DNA from: Mobula birostris
Lineage: Eukaryota
Direction of reading: 5' to 3'
Assembly: GCF_030028105.1 (NCBI RefSeq)
Contig: NC_092374.1
Span: forward strand, 176,662,057-176,726,056
Length of the DNA: 64,000 nt
Both the position numbers and the translations under genes were made by a program. Positions within the stretch are counted from its first letter, which is position 1; every line of letters begins with the position of its first letter. Shown here piece after piece: positions 51,673 through 63,364 of the stretch. The notes under the pieces are model-generated. The model saw only the letters and a list, made by a program, of their open reading frames with translations. It ran no database searches and was not told the DNA's origin.

Positions 51673-52602
51673 AATACATTGATACAGTCTTGAAGAAAGC
51701 ATGCAACAGCTCCACCTTATTAGCAATCTGAAGAGCTTTGGCATGCCGCTAAAGCCTTGTGTAACTTTTCGCATGTCTCTGATGGATAGCACACAGGCTG
51801 ATCCTCCTCGCTGACAATTCACACTGGCGCATTTCAGGGGTGTGTTGTAAAACCACTCAACTAGACAACCCATCTCACTGCTCTGCTCTCAGTATACACA
51901 TGTCTGTGTGTCTAGGCATAGCTCAAATACCATCTATAAATTTGCTGACGATACAACCATTGTTGGTAGAATCTCAAATGGTGATGAGAGGGCATACAGG
52001 AGTGAGATATGCCAACTAGTGGAATGGTGCCACAGCAACAACCTGGCACTCAACAGCAGTAAGACGAAAGAGCTGATTGTGAACTTCATACCAATCCTCA
52101 TAGAGGGATCAGAAGTGGAGAGAGAGAGAGCAGGTTCAATACATTGATACAGTCTTGAAGAAAGCATGCAACAGCTCCACCTTATTAGCAATCTGAAGAG
52201 CTTTGGCATGCCGCTAAAGCCTTGTGTAACTTTTCGCATGTCTCTGATGGATAGCACACAGGCTGATCCTCCTCGCTGACAATTCACACTGGCGCATCTC
52301 AGGGGTGTGTTGTAAAACCACTCAACTAGACAACCCATCTCACTGCTCTGCTCTCAGTATACACATGTCTGTGTGTCTAGGCATAGCTCAAATACCATCT
52401 ATAAATTTGCTGACGATACAACCATTGTTGGTAGAATCTCAAATGGTGATGAGAGGGCATACAGGAGTGAGATATGCCAACTAGTGGAATGGTGCCACAG
52501 CAACAACCTGGCACTCAACAGCAGTAAGACGAAAGAGCTGATTGTGAACTTCATACCAATCCTCATAGAGGGATCAGAAGTGGAGAGAGAGAGAGCAGGT
52601 TC
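51673..52602. repeat. Near-perfect 2 x 465-bp tandem duplication
   Basis: 51673-52137 and 52138-52602. Only one difference seen (catttc vs catctc). Duplicated ORFs are offset by exactly 465. Confidence 0.92.
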
Positions 52603-53021
52603 AAGTTCCTGGGTATCAAGATATCTGAGGATCTAAACTGGTCCTAACATACTGATGTAGTTATAAAGAAGGCAAGATAGCAGCTATACTTTATTAGGAG
52701 TTTGAAGAGATTTGGCATGTCAAAAAATACACTCAAAAACTTCTATAGTTGTACCATGGAGAACATTCTGACAGGCTGCATCTCTGTCTGGTATGGAGAG
52801 GCTACTGCACAGGACAAGAAGAAGCTGCAGAAGGTTGTAAATCTAGTCAGCTCCATCTTGGGCACTAGGCTACAAAGTGCCCAGGACATCTTTAGGGAGC
52901 GGTGACTCAGAAAGGCAGCGTCCATTATTAAGGACCCCCAGCTCCCAGGGCATGCCCTTTTCCTACTGTTACCATAGGTAGGAGATACAGAAGCCTGAAG
53001 GCACACACTCAGTGATTCAGG

Positions 53022-53215
53022 AGGCCAGGCAGCATCTATAGGAAGAGGTACAGTCGACATTTCAGGCCGAGACCCTTCATCAGGACTAACTGAAAGACCC
53101 GAAACGTCGACTGTACCTCTTCCTATTCATGCTGCCTGGCCTGCTGTGTTCACCAGCATTTTTTGTGTGTGTTGCTTGAAATTCCAGCATCTACAGATTT
53201 CCTCGTGTTAGCAAA
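53022..53215. mobile_element. Inverted Penelope terminal-repeat insert with 5-bp TSD (tcagg)
   Basis: 37-bp inverted arms at 53022-53058 and 53106-53142 (2 mismatches). tcagg at 53017-53021 and 53216-53220. Confidence 0.8.
53052..53087 (-). ncRNA. Minimal type I hammerhead ribozyme motif (Penelope-associated)
   Basis: Minus strand AGUC-CUGAUGA-AGG GUCUCGG CCU-GAAA-UGUC|GACU: helix I AGUC/GACU, intact core, 3-bp helix II, loopless helix III (dimer type), GUC cleavage triplet. Confidence 0.6.
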
Positions 53216-55247
53216 TCAGGAACAGCTTCTTCCCCTCTGCCATCCGATTCCTAAATGGACATTGAAGCTATGGACACTATCTCACTTTTTTAAATATACA
53301 GTATTTCTGTTTTTGCACATTCTTTTAAATCTATTCAATATACATAATTGATTTACTTGTTTATTAATATTTTTATTTTTTTATTATTATCTCTCTACTA
53401 GAATATGTATTGCATTGAACTGCTGTTGCTCAGTTAACAAATTTCACGGCACATGCTGGTGATAAGAAACCTGATTCTGATTCAGATCTATCATTAAGGG
53501 AACTCACCATCCAGACATGCCCTATTCATATTATTACCACCGAAAGAGGTGCAATAGCCTGAAGATTAACACTCAACATGTAAAGAAAAACTTCTACATC
53601 CCCACCAGATGTCTAAATGGTCTACGAACCTAAGAATGCTGCCTCATTGTTTGTCTCTTGCAGTATTTGCTTTTGCATTTTAAAGTAAGGTCTATGTCTC
53701 ACACAGCACCATACCTGCAAAATGACAAATTTCACAATATGTGCAAGTGATAATAAACATTCAGATTCTGTAAGGCTTTCATGAATCCTCTCTTCCAAAT
53801 CAATATCATTCACAAGTAAAAATAATTTTATTTGATTTCCACAGTGATTGCCAACATCCTCATCAGCACAGACCTCAGATTGATGTCAACTGAAATTCCT
53901 ACTGGAAGCAGAACCCTGAATTTATTTATGTATTCATAAAATCAGTTGATATCTTGATGGTAACTGAAGTACTGTTAGACTGTAGAATCTAATCCCTCAT
54001 AGCGGCATTACTCTCTTCATGTGCAAATGCTCATCAACTTCCTCAGTTTTGTTCATACTTTACTGTATTTAATCCTTCTTAAATGATGAGATTGGTCTCT
54101 CTATATTTGTAAGTGTCCAGTAAACAAAACCACAAACTTTGAAATGTATTCCTACACTTCTATGCAAATCTCTAGCACTAATTCTGGTATGTATAACCAG
54201 TGGCTATTTTAAACTAATCATCCTGTTGTGAAACCGTTTGGTTAAAGCATGCGAGAGACAGGGTGCTGGAGCACCTTGTCAGTCCAGATGCACAGTACAA
54301 GTCCCAATTCCCTGTTCTAAAGGAGTCATATAGACCTTCAGCAGAGAAACAAAGGTCCTCTATCCATCTAGTCCATCTGCCATGTGGATACCCCTTGTGG
54401 TCTTGGGTACCTCTGTGATGGAAATGGGCTCTTAATATTTGCTTTGTGTTTGAGCCTTATAAGTTTGTACATTTGATACAACTGAAATCCCCTGTGCTAC
54501 AAGTAAAATGAAGTTCAGTCTCTCCTCATAACTGAGACAGTCCATGTCCAACAACTTCCTTTGGAATCTCCTCAGCACAATCTAGAATACCAGCAACCAA
54601 TAGGGTAAGCCTTTACTGTACATTCTCTAACAAGCACACCTTTGCAGTGTAGATAGGTCAGTAGTAAACCTCAATATTCCTTCTTTACACTCTCAGCACT
54701 GATGCTGTCTTGACCTTAAATGTGAACTAAATTATATGAAATGTGAACCACTACTTTGCCTCCACAGATGATGCCTAACTCAGCATTATACCAGCAGTTT
54801 GTTTCTTGTGCCTTTCTTTACAGAATTATGCAGTTTTCAAATTCATTTTTGGGATATCATGCAGGTGAATTCATTATGTTTCTAGAAGTGTGCAGAACAG
54901 TATAGGCCCTAGAACACAATATAAATATATAAAAATCTACTCCATATCAATATAACCTATTCTTCCCACACAACCTCTAGACTTCCATTTTATATCATTT
55001 CCATATCCAAGGATCCTTCAAATATATTAATGTAATGAACTGCATTATTTTCAGATACTCCACATCTACATAAATAGTTTTCAAATATCTGATTGTGGGA
55101 AAAATATACCAACAGTACAAAGGCTGCATGATAGCAGTGTGCAGTTTGGGCATTTCAGTAACAGATTCTCATCATCTACTCCATTATTCTACTTGGGATT
55201 GATCATTTTCTTCAAAGTCAATGTTTTCATTAGCAATTTCATCTTAC

Positions 55248-55355
55248 CGCTTCTCTTCTTTGTCCAGCAATAAATTCCTGCAAGGATAGCACTCAGCAAT
55301 AAAAGAACACATACACCGATCAACCCAATGTGCCTGTCCTTCTTCCCACTGTCTT
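55248..55355 (-). CDS. MHC class I-like gene, connecting peptide/transmembrane exon (108 nt, phase 1-1)
   Basis: tattatttttcag|AA ... AGC G|gtaaga. EDSGKKDRH-IGLIGVCVLLLLSAILAGIYCW-TKKRS: hydrophobic span followed by a basic stop-transfer. Confidence 0.8.
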
Positions 55356-55899
55356 CTGAAAAATAATAGTTTTGCAATTATACTAATATAATGATAAGCT
55401 TTGCAGATATGGCATTGTTCCAAATAAGTAGGTTATATGTTGTTTTAGAAGCCTGGCATTCCCTTGAACTATGTATACAGTGCATTATTTTATAAAGAGT
55501 AACTTCTCTTCTCCATAGACTTTGCAGAACAGGTCTTTGCAAACAACACATTGCAGAACAAAGCATGAAGCTGACAGCAAAGGGTTAAGTGTTAATAATC
55601 AGAGAGGATCAATTAAATGCTTGATATAAAAGTATGATTTGAAGAACAATGATCAAAAACTCAATTTTGTGATTAGTTTGAAAGGAACCTGGGTCTGAAA
55701 CAATGTGTTAAAGTAATGCAGTGGATAGGGTGTATATTGGCAAGTTGTAGTGTAATCAAATCAACTTCATAGTAGAATGCAAAAATTAAGATGTAAAATT
55801 AGAATGAATTTTCATAATGTTGTGCTAGCATGGACTTTGTGTTCTTGTTTGTTTTACTGCATTTCTCCTTAAAAATGAGTATAAATTATGATCAATGCA

Positions 55900-56860
55900 T
55901 GTTTGATAGGAGGTTCTTAATGAATTTTTTGTTTCTGCTTTCACCAGTGAGAGGCAACTTGATGATTGTGAAGGTAGTGCAAGGACATGATGATATGTCT
56001 GACCATACTCATATTAAGTGAAATCACTGGAACTTCTGAAGAACTTTGGGATAGATAAGTCCCTAGGACTGGATGGTGGTATACCCCAGGCTACTATGGG
56101 AAATGAAGGAGGAGATTGATACACTTTTTCTGATGTTTTTGCGTGCTCACTGGAAGCAGTAATAGGACGAGATGAGGGAAGCTTGGCAAATATTCTTTTG
56201 TTCAAGAAAGGGAGTACAGATAACCCTGGAAGTTATAGACTAGTGAGTTTGACATCTGATGTGGACAGGCCTTTGGAAAATGTTCTGAGATATAGGATGA
56301 GTATTTGGAGACACATGGGTTTATGAGGAGCAGGTCATACCTCACAAAGCTGATTGAACTTTTTGGAGTTGTGACAAAGCACATTGAGAAGGCAGAGCAG
56401 TAGATAGGATGCTTATGGATTTTAGTAAAGCAGTTGATAAGGTTCCAAATTGTAGGCTTGTTCAGAAAGTCTGGAAGCATGGGATACAGGGAAGCAGGTC
56501 TGTTTGGATACAAAATTGGCTTGCCAATAGAAGACAATAAGTCACTGTAGATGAAGCATATTCTGTCCTGAGGCTGGTGACCAATAATTTCCTGCAGGAA
56601 TCTGTTTTAGGATATCTGCTCTTTGTGGTCTTTATAAAGGAGTCGTTGATTACATGGAATATGCTGTCATGGAGTGGTACTAGAGGTAGATACATTAAGG
56701 ATAATTAAAAGTATCCTAGATAGGCACATGTGATAGGAAAACATGGGGCTATGTTACAGGGAAGGGCAAGGTTGATCATGGAGTAGGTTAAAACTGGCGC
56801 TCAACATCATGAGCTGTAGTGCATGAACTCTACTGTAACATGCTATATTCTATGCCTTCA
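55900..56860 (+). mobile_element. Decayed CR1 RT fragment
   Basis: gataagtccctaggactggatgg; ccctggaagttatagactagtgag; ggattttagtaaagcagttgataaggttcc. Confidence 0.75.
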
Positions 56861-57786
56861 TCGTACATGGTTGTACTGGTCATATATTTGCTTCTTGTTG
56901 CTAGAGTATCCTAGGCAAATGACTGCAGTGTATTTTACAGACAGTGCACACTACATACGTGGAAGCAAAAAGTTTGTGGCTTCACACACACAGTAGAAAT
57001 CAGGCCTCATGATTTTGTGCTGCTTGAACCATGAAGATAGTGGAGAGGCTTTAGCATATCATGTGTAAGTCATTGGCTACTGACTGGGTAAGATAACCAC
57101 AGCTTTAAACACTTAGTCCAGTTAAGGTTTTGCACCATGGTTAATGCAAGAGGCCAATTGTGGGGCAGTATTTAATGGCAATGGCATTTTATATCAAAAG
57201 GTAGCCAGATTACCACTTGATGGGCATGATCGTACCCAGCATTTGTGATAAAAATATTATTATGCACTTAACAATCCAATTGAACATTTTATCCAGGGCT
57301 TATAAATAGATAAATCAATTACACTTTGGTGGCTAATTCAGTTGATTAAAGATAGTTTATTTTCTAACATTTAATTAAAACCTCAATAATTACAAAATAT
57401 GACAGGGCTTCTCTCTCCATTCTCACAGCTTTCTTGGTTCAATACATTTGATAATACTTCTTTCAATTTCACATGAGTAACAACTGGAACAAGTTGCATT
57501 TGTGGTACCAATGTCTGATGTATAACTAAATGCTGTGTAAAGCAAAGGACAGAAATTTACACTGTGATGAACATTGGAAGATGGGAATTATAAATTGTTA
57601 GTTTTTGCTTTCATTCATCAGCAACATGGAAGACTACACAATATATTAGTATAAACAAGATTCAAAGGAATTAGAATACAGGATGCAGTCTGGAGGATTA
57701 AAAAGGAAATAGGAAATGATAAAGATAAACTCTGTTATTAATAGTTCTAAAACTTATTCTATCTGCTCAGATATGAATGTCCTTAC

Positions 57787-58053
57787 CCCAGATGACTGTC
57801 TTCCCATTCGGCATGCTACTATGATTGACATGGCAGTAATACTTTTTGCCATCAAATGGATCAATATCAAGGACAGACCGCAGTTGATATGTTCCATCTT
57901 CATTTGGTAATACTCCAGTAGATTTTGTCTCAGAGACATGTTTCTCATTCTGGAACCAACTCACTTTGATGGCCGTTGGATAAAACCCAAATACGCTGCA
58001 TTGGAGAAACCAGTAATTGCGCTTCTGTGCATCAAGACCGACCTCAGGAACAA
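57787..58053 (-). CDS. MHC class I-like heavy chain, alpha3 (Ig C1-set) exon (267 nt, phase 1-1)
   Basis: catgtag|TT ... TGG G|gtaagg. LQCSVFGFYPTAIKVSW...TGVLPNEDGTYQLRSVL...YYCHVNHSS...VIW has both Cys, the core Trp, GFYP and the class I-type LPNxDGTYQ. Confidence 0.85.
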
Positions 58054-58789
58054 CTACATGATAGAACATAGAACACAAAAAAATAGTATATAGTATATGT
58101 GCCCTTTTTTCCATAATGTTGTGTTAATATTTTAATCTATCCAAGATCAATCTAATGGTTCCCACCAATATTGCCTTCCATCTGTCTTTCTATGCCAATG
58201 AGAATCTTAAATGTCCCAAATGTATCTGTATCTACTGCAACATCTGGCAACACATTCCATGCACCCACTGCTCCCTGTGTAAAAAAAAACTACTGACCTC
58301 CCCACTATACTTTCCTCCAAACATCTTAAAATTATGAGCACCCATATTAACTATTACACCCCCTCCCGAGGAAAAAGGGGCTGCTTTCCCACCCTGTCAT
58401 CTTATCAAGACAGCTTTCATTCTCCCTTGCTCAAAAGTGAAAAGTTCATGCAACATTTTTCATAAGACATGATCTGTAATCCAGGCAGCATCCTAGTATA
58501 TATCCTCTGTTTGAAATCAATTTCTCAACTAATTAAGGCCAGCACACTACATGCCTTCTTATACACCCCATCAAATTCCATGGTGAATTTGGGTGATCTA
58601 TGGTTGAAAACTCAAAGATTCCTCTGTTGCTTTAGCAAGTGAAAAATCCTGCCATTAACCCTGTAGTCTGCATTCGTCTGTCCTTTCAAAGTATATCGCC
58701 TCACACTTTTCCAGCTTGAATTCCATCTGCCACCTCTCAGCACAGTCTGCATCCTATCAATGTACAGCTGCAAAATGTTAGTTATAGAA

Positions 58790-60500
58790 CATAGAACATA
58801 GAATAGCACAGCACAGCACAGGCCCTTCGGCCCACAATGTTGTGCTGACCCTCAAACACTGCCTCCCATATAAGCCCCCACCTTAAATTCCTCCATATAC
58901 CTGTCTAGTAGTCTCTTAAACTTCACTAGTGTATCTGCCTCCACCACTGACTCAGGCAGTGCATTCCATCCACCAACCACTCTGAGTAAAAAAATCTTCC
59001 TCTACTATCCCCCTTGAACTTCCCACCCCTTACTTTAAAGCCATGTCCTCTTATATTGAGCAGTGGTGCCGTGGGGAAGAGGCGCTGGCTATCCACTCTA
59101 TCTATTCCCCTTATTATCTTGTACACCTCTATCATCTCTCCTCTCATCCTCCTTCTCTCCAAAGAGTAAAGCCCTAGCTCCCTTAATCTCTGATCATAAT
59201 GCATACTCTCTAAACCAGACAGCATCCTGGTGAATCTCCTCTGTACCCTTTCCAATGCTTCCACATCCTTCCTATATTAAGGCGACCAGAACTGAACACA
59301 GTACACCAAGTGTGGCCTAACCAGTGTTTTATAGAGCTGCATCATTACATCACGACTCTTGAACGCTATGCCTCGACTTATGAAAGCTAACACCCCATAA
59401 GCTTTCTTAACTACCCTATCCACCTGTGAGGCAACTTTCAGGCAACTTTCAGATCCCTCTGCTCCTCCACCCTTCCAAGTATCCTGCCATTTACTTTGTA
59501 CTCTGCCTTGGAGTTTGTCCTTCCAAAGTGTACCACCTCACACTCCTCTGGGTTGAACTCCATCTGCTACTTCTCAGCCCACTTCTGCATCCTATCAATG
59601 TCTCTCTGCAATCTTCAACAATCCTCTACACTGTCTACAACACCACCAACCTTTGTGTCATCTGCAAACTTGCCAACCCACCCCTCTACCCTCACATCCA
59701 GGTCGTTAATAAAAATCATGAAAAGTAGAGGTCCCAGATCAGATCCTTATGGGAGACCAGTAGTCACAATCCTCCACCACGACCCTCTGCCTTCTACAGG
59801 CAAGCCAATTCAGAATCCACCTGGCCAAACTTCCCTGGATCCCATGCCTTCTGACTTTCTGAATAAGCCTACCGTGTGGAACCTTGTCATATGCCTTACT
59901 AAAATCCATATAGATCACATCCACTGCACTACCTTCATCTATATGCCTGGTCACCTCCTCAAAGAACTCTATCAGGCTTGTTAGACACAATCTGCCCTTC
60001 ACAAAACCATGCTGACTGTCCCTGACCCTACTCACCAAGGCCTTCTCATGCCCCCTTCTTGCTCTTCTCAGCCCCTTCTTAAGCTCCTTTCTTGCTTCCC
60101 TATATTCCTCAATAGACCCATCTGATCCTTGCTTCCTAAACCTCATATATGCTGCCTTCTTCCACCTCACTTGTCACCCATGGTTCCTTCACCCTACCAT
60201 TCTTTATCTTCCTCACCGGGACAAATTTATCCCTAACATCCTGCAAGAGATCTCTAAATGTTGACCACGTGTCCATAGTACATTTCCCTGTAAAAACATC
60301 ATCTCAATTCACATCCACAAGTTCTAGCCTTATAACCTCAGAATTTGCCCTTCCCCAATTAAATATTTTCCTGTCCTCTCTGACTCTATCCTTTTCCATG
60401 ATAATGCTAAAGGCCAGGGAGCGGTGATCACTGTCCCCCAGATGCTCACCCACTGAGAGATCTGTGACCTGACCCGGTTCATTACCTAGTACTAGATCTA
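58790..60500 (-). mobile_element. Young CR1 (internally deleted), same subfamily as 38145-39300, opposite orientation
   Basis: ORFs 58926-59264 and 59739-60170 ([22 protein letters not shown]). (ttctatg)n tail at 58.79 kb. Confidence 0.92.
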
Positions 60501-60629
60501 GTATGATTTGTACTGCAACCATAAAGAATCGATTCCACTAATCTCATTTTCCCTCTTTCATTTCCATCATCCAATCAGTCCTTAATTCTTCTCCCATATT
60601 CACCTACATTAAGAACAACATACAACAAC

Positions 60630-60905
60630 CAGCATGGTAGCATAGTGGTTAGCAGTGCAGGCAGCCTGGGTTCAATTCCCACCGCTGACTATAAGGAGTT
60701 TGTACATTCTCCTTGTAACTGCATGGGTTTGCTCCAGGTGCTGCGGTTTCCTCCCACAGTCCAAAGATCTACTGGTTAAGTATAGGTCATTGTAAATAGT
60801 CCCATGATTAGCCTAGGATTAAATGGGGGTGGGGGATTGCTGGGTGGTGTGGCTTGAAGGTCTGGAAGGACCTGTTCTGCACTATATCTCAATAAATAAA
60901 ACATA
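60630..60905 (+). mobile_element. V-SINE/HE1-like tRNA-derived SINE
   Basis: Head ggtagcatagtggttagc...gggttcaattccc; V-domain ggagtttgtacattctcc...ggtttcctcccacagtccaaaga; CR1-like 3' end; A-rich tail. Confidence 0.75.
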
Positions 60906-60926
60906 AATTAACAAGTAAATAACGTC

Positions 60927-63364
60927 TGTAACAGGGTTTCCTCTTTTACTCCGGGATTGAGTCTACTGGTATGTTGTGTGGGTGCTCTGTTTAAATCTGT
61001 AATGTGTGTCTCGGTGGGTTATTTGCTGGTTATTGCTGTATGCGTATGGGTGCCGTCTATGTTCGAGTTCAGGCTAGCATTGACGAGTTGGAAGTGGAAC
61101 GGGGGGCTGTCCATGCTGTTGGGAGAGAGAGGAAAGAGTGGTCTGATTTGGAGGTAGTGTGTGCGAATAAATGTTCTAGCTCTGGCAGGCTCCGCCTGGT
61201 GTTTCGGATAGTGTCCACTCCAGAAGGGGCGGAGGCGTGCGAGACGTGGGCGGAGCGGATCTCTCAGTTGTGAGATGAATGGCAGTGCTCGGTTGAGGGA
61301 GAGCGACAGGGATTGGTTGCAAGTTTAAGTAGGCGGGCTGGTGACGTATTTACGGTGTTAGAGCTGTCAGGTTCACTTACACTTACTTACACCGTAGTAA
61401 CAACTATCAGTTATTTGAAAAAGGGGGGAAAGTTTTCAGTGTGTCTTCTCTGGCTAGGAGGGCGGCTAAATTGTTTGCAGTGCCGGGGGATCATTTCAGG
61501 GGATCAGCCCCTCCTTCAGTTGTTCAGCTGATCAGAGAGGTGTCGGGAAACCTAGTGGAGGTCCAGTGGGGGAACGGCTTGGGGTCTCTGGGGAAGCACG
61601 CTCCCAGCAATGTACCAATGAACTTCCGAAAGGAGAAGACCCTATTCTTGGAGGCTTAGAGGGAGCACACCCCAGGGTGTCGTTATGGATAGAGGGAAGC
61701 GATGCTAAAGCCATCCTCGACCCCAAGGCGCAGGTCAAGTTGTTGTACAGTTCGTTTTACAACCGGTGTCTGAAGCATTTACCCTTGACAACCGCAAGGG
61801 CACCGGAGATTTTGGGTACCAGTGCCAGTAGTTATCCAGAAGACGATGATTGGTTAATGATCCTGGAGTTCATGGGGACATTGTCTGGGCACCAAGCGTA
61901 CGAGTTGCCTCTGAGGACGTGTGTAGCAGCCTTGAGCCGGTACCGAATTTAAGTGAAAGCAGCGGTTGTACGGCCTGGGGAAAGTAGCTGAGGGTGAGAC
62001 CCTCTTAGTAGATGGCCCAAACTACCACGAAGGAGGGGAGTTGACCGCTAAAGACACCTCAGTGAGAGAGAGGTTGCGGCAGCTGGACCCTGGCGCCGTG
62101 GAAGGTGGAGGCAGCCTGTGTGCAGATTATGCGACGTGGTTTAATGTGCTGGATCTGAAGAGTGGATGTTGCCAGATCCCCAGGAGTGCGGCTGTTGAGC
62201 CGAAGACGGCCGTTATTAGTTCCCTAGGATTCTTCCAATCCGAAAAGATGCCCAGGGGCACATCCAGAGCCCCTGCATCCTTCCCGCGGGGCATGAGGAC
62301 GACCATGGGGGAAGAGAAGGTGTGTGGAGTTTTGACGTCTGTGGATGACCTCCTAGAGCTTGGATTCGCGTGGGGGGACTATACGGCGAGGCGAGGGACT
62401 GAGCCCGGGCGACAGAAGCGAAGTGTCAAATGTGGAGGAGTTTTTGGCCGGAGGAGTTTGGTGTGTGACGAGAATACACATAGATTAAGATGTTAGCTGT
62501 CCTGTGCTGGCACCAGTGGGATCAGCAATTGGTCTGCCACCTATCTTCAGGAGAAAGATAGATAAGGAAACAATGGAGCAGCATTTGGAGATGTTAATGA
62601 AGGGACGGGAGAGTTTAACGGTAGGAGAGCTGTCAAGATCGGCTCCCCCTTTGAACCCTGAACTGTTTGAAGTGATGGACAGGCGATACCCCGCAGGGGG
62701 ATAAAAAGGGGCAGGTTCGCTAAGGCAAGACACACACGACACCACGAGGTAACAAGACCCTGGAAGCGGTGCGCCTCCCATAAGTCGGTGGGAAGTTTTG
62801 GAGGGCCGGTCGCGGGACCAAGCCATAGACGCACAGGGTGGAAAGGCACGATCGGCGGGAACCTGGTGTGTGTGTCCGCCCTTGCCTGGGTGCCAGGTTC
62901 ACCGCAGAGAAACGATCGTATCTGGAAACGGAGGGGTCACGGTCGGTGACCTCAGAAGACATCACAAAGGGCTCGCCCGAAAGCTGACTGCGAAGAATAT
63001 CGAAGGTCTGTGTGGAAGCCGTTTGAATATTCATTCGTTTTGCTCTCTCTCTCCTTCCCCCCACTGTCCATCTCCCACGGCAGTGATTACTACGAACTGA
63101 ACTGAATTCAATTGAACTGAACTTTGCATCACTTTGAAACTGGTCATTTACCCCTAGACGACGATAGAGCTTGATTGATCCTGTTATCCTAATTCTGTGT
63201 ACATGTGTGTTTATCATTGCTGAACTGTTGCATTTATTATCCTTTTGATTAGAGTACTGTGTTGTTTGTTTCTTTAATAAAACTTTCTTAGTTCTAGTAA
63301 TCCAGACTCCAACTGAGTGATCCATTTCTGCTGGTTTGGCAACCCAGTTATGGGGTACGTAACA
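60927..63364 (+). mobile_element. Deleted Gypsy element (protease and RT remnants) with 901-bp 3' LTR at 62464-63364
   Basis: [21 protein letters not shown] (protease); [12 protein letters not shown]...KTA...MPRG..APASF (RT). LTR tgtgacg...gtaaca after a purine-rich tract, with AATAAA at 63276. Confidence 0.8.

Larger units (their letters stand above)
51900..53480 (+). mobile_element. Young Rex1/Babar-type LINE 3' part (5' end duplicated; Penelope insert at 53022-53215)
   Basis: YKFADDTTIVG...EWCHSNNLALN..KTKELIV; RFGMSKNTLKNFY; hairpin and tail aagaaacctgattctgattc. Confidence 0.88.

Noticed and set aside
60630-60700. tRNA genes at ~60.6 kb and ~37.6 kb
   Set aside because: A/B boxes lead into SINE bodies and LINE-derived tails; no complete cloverleaf.
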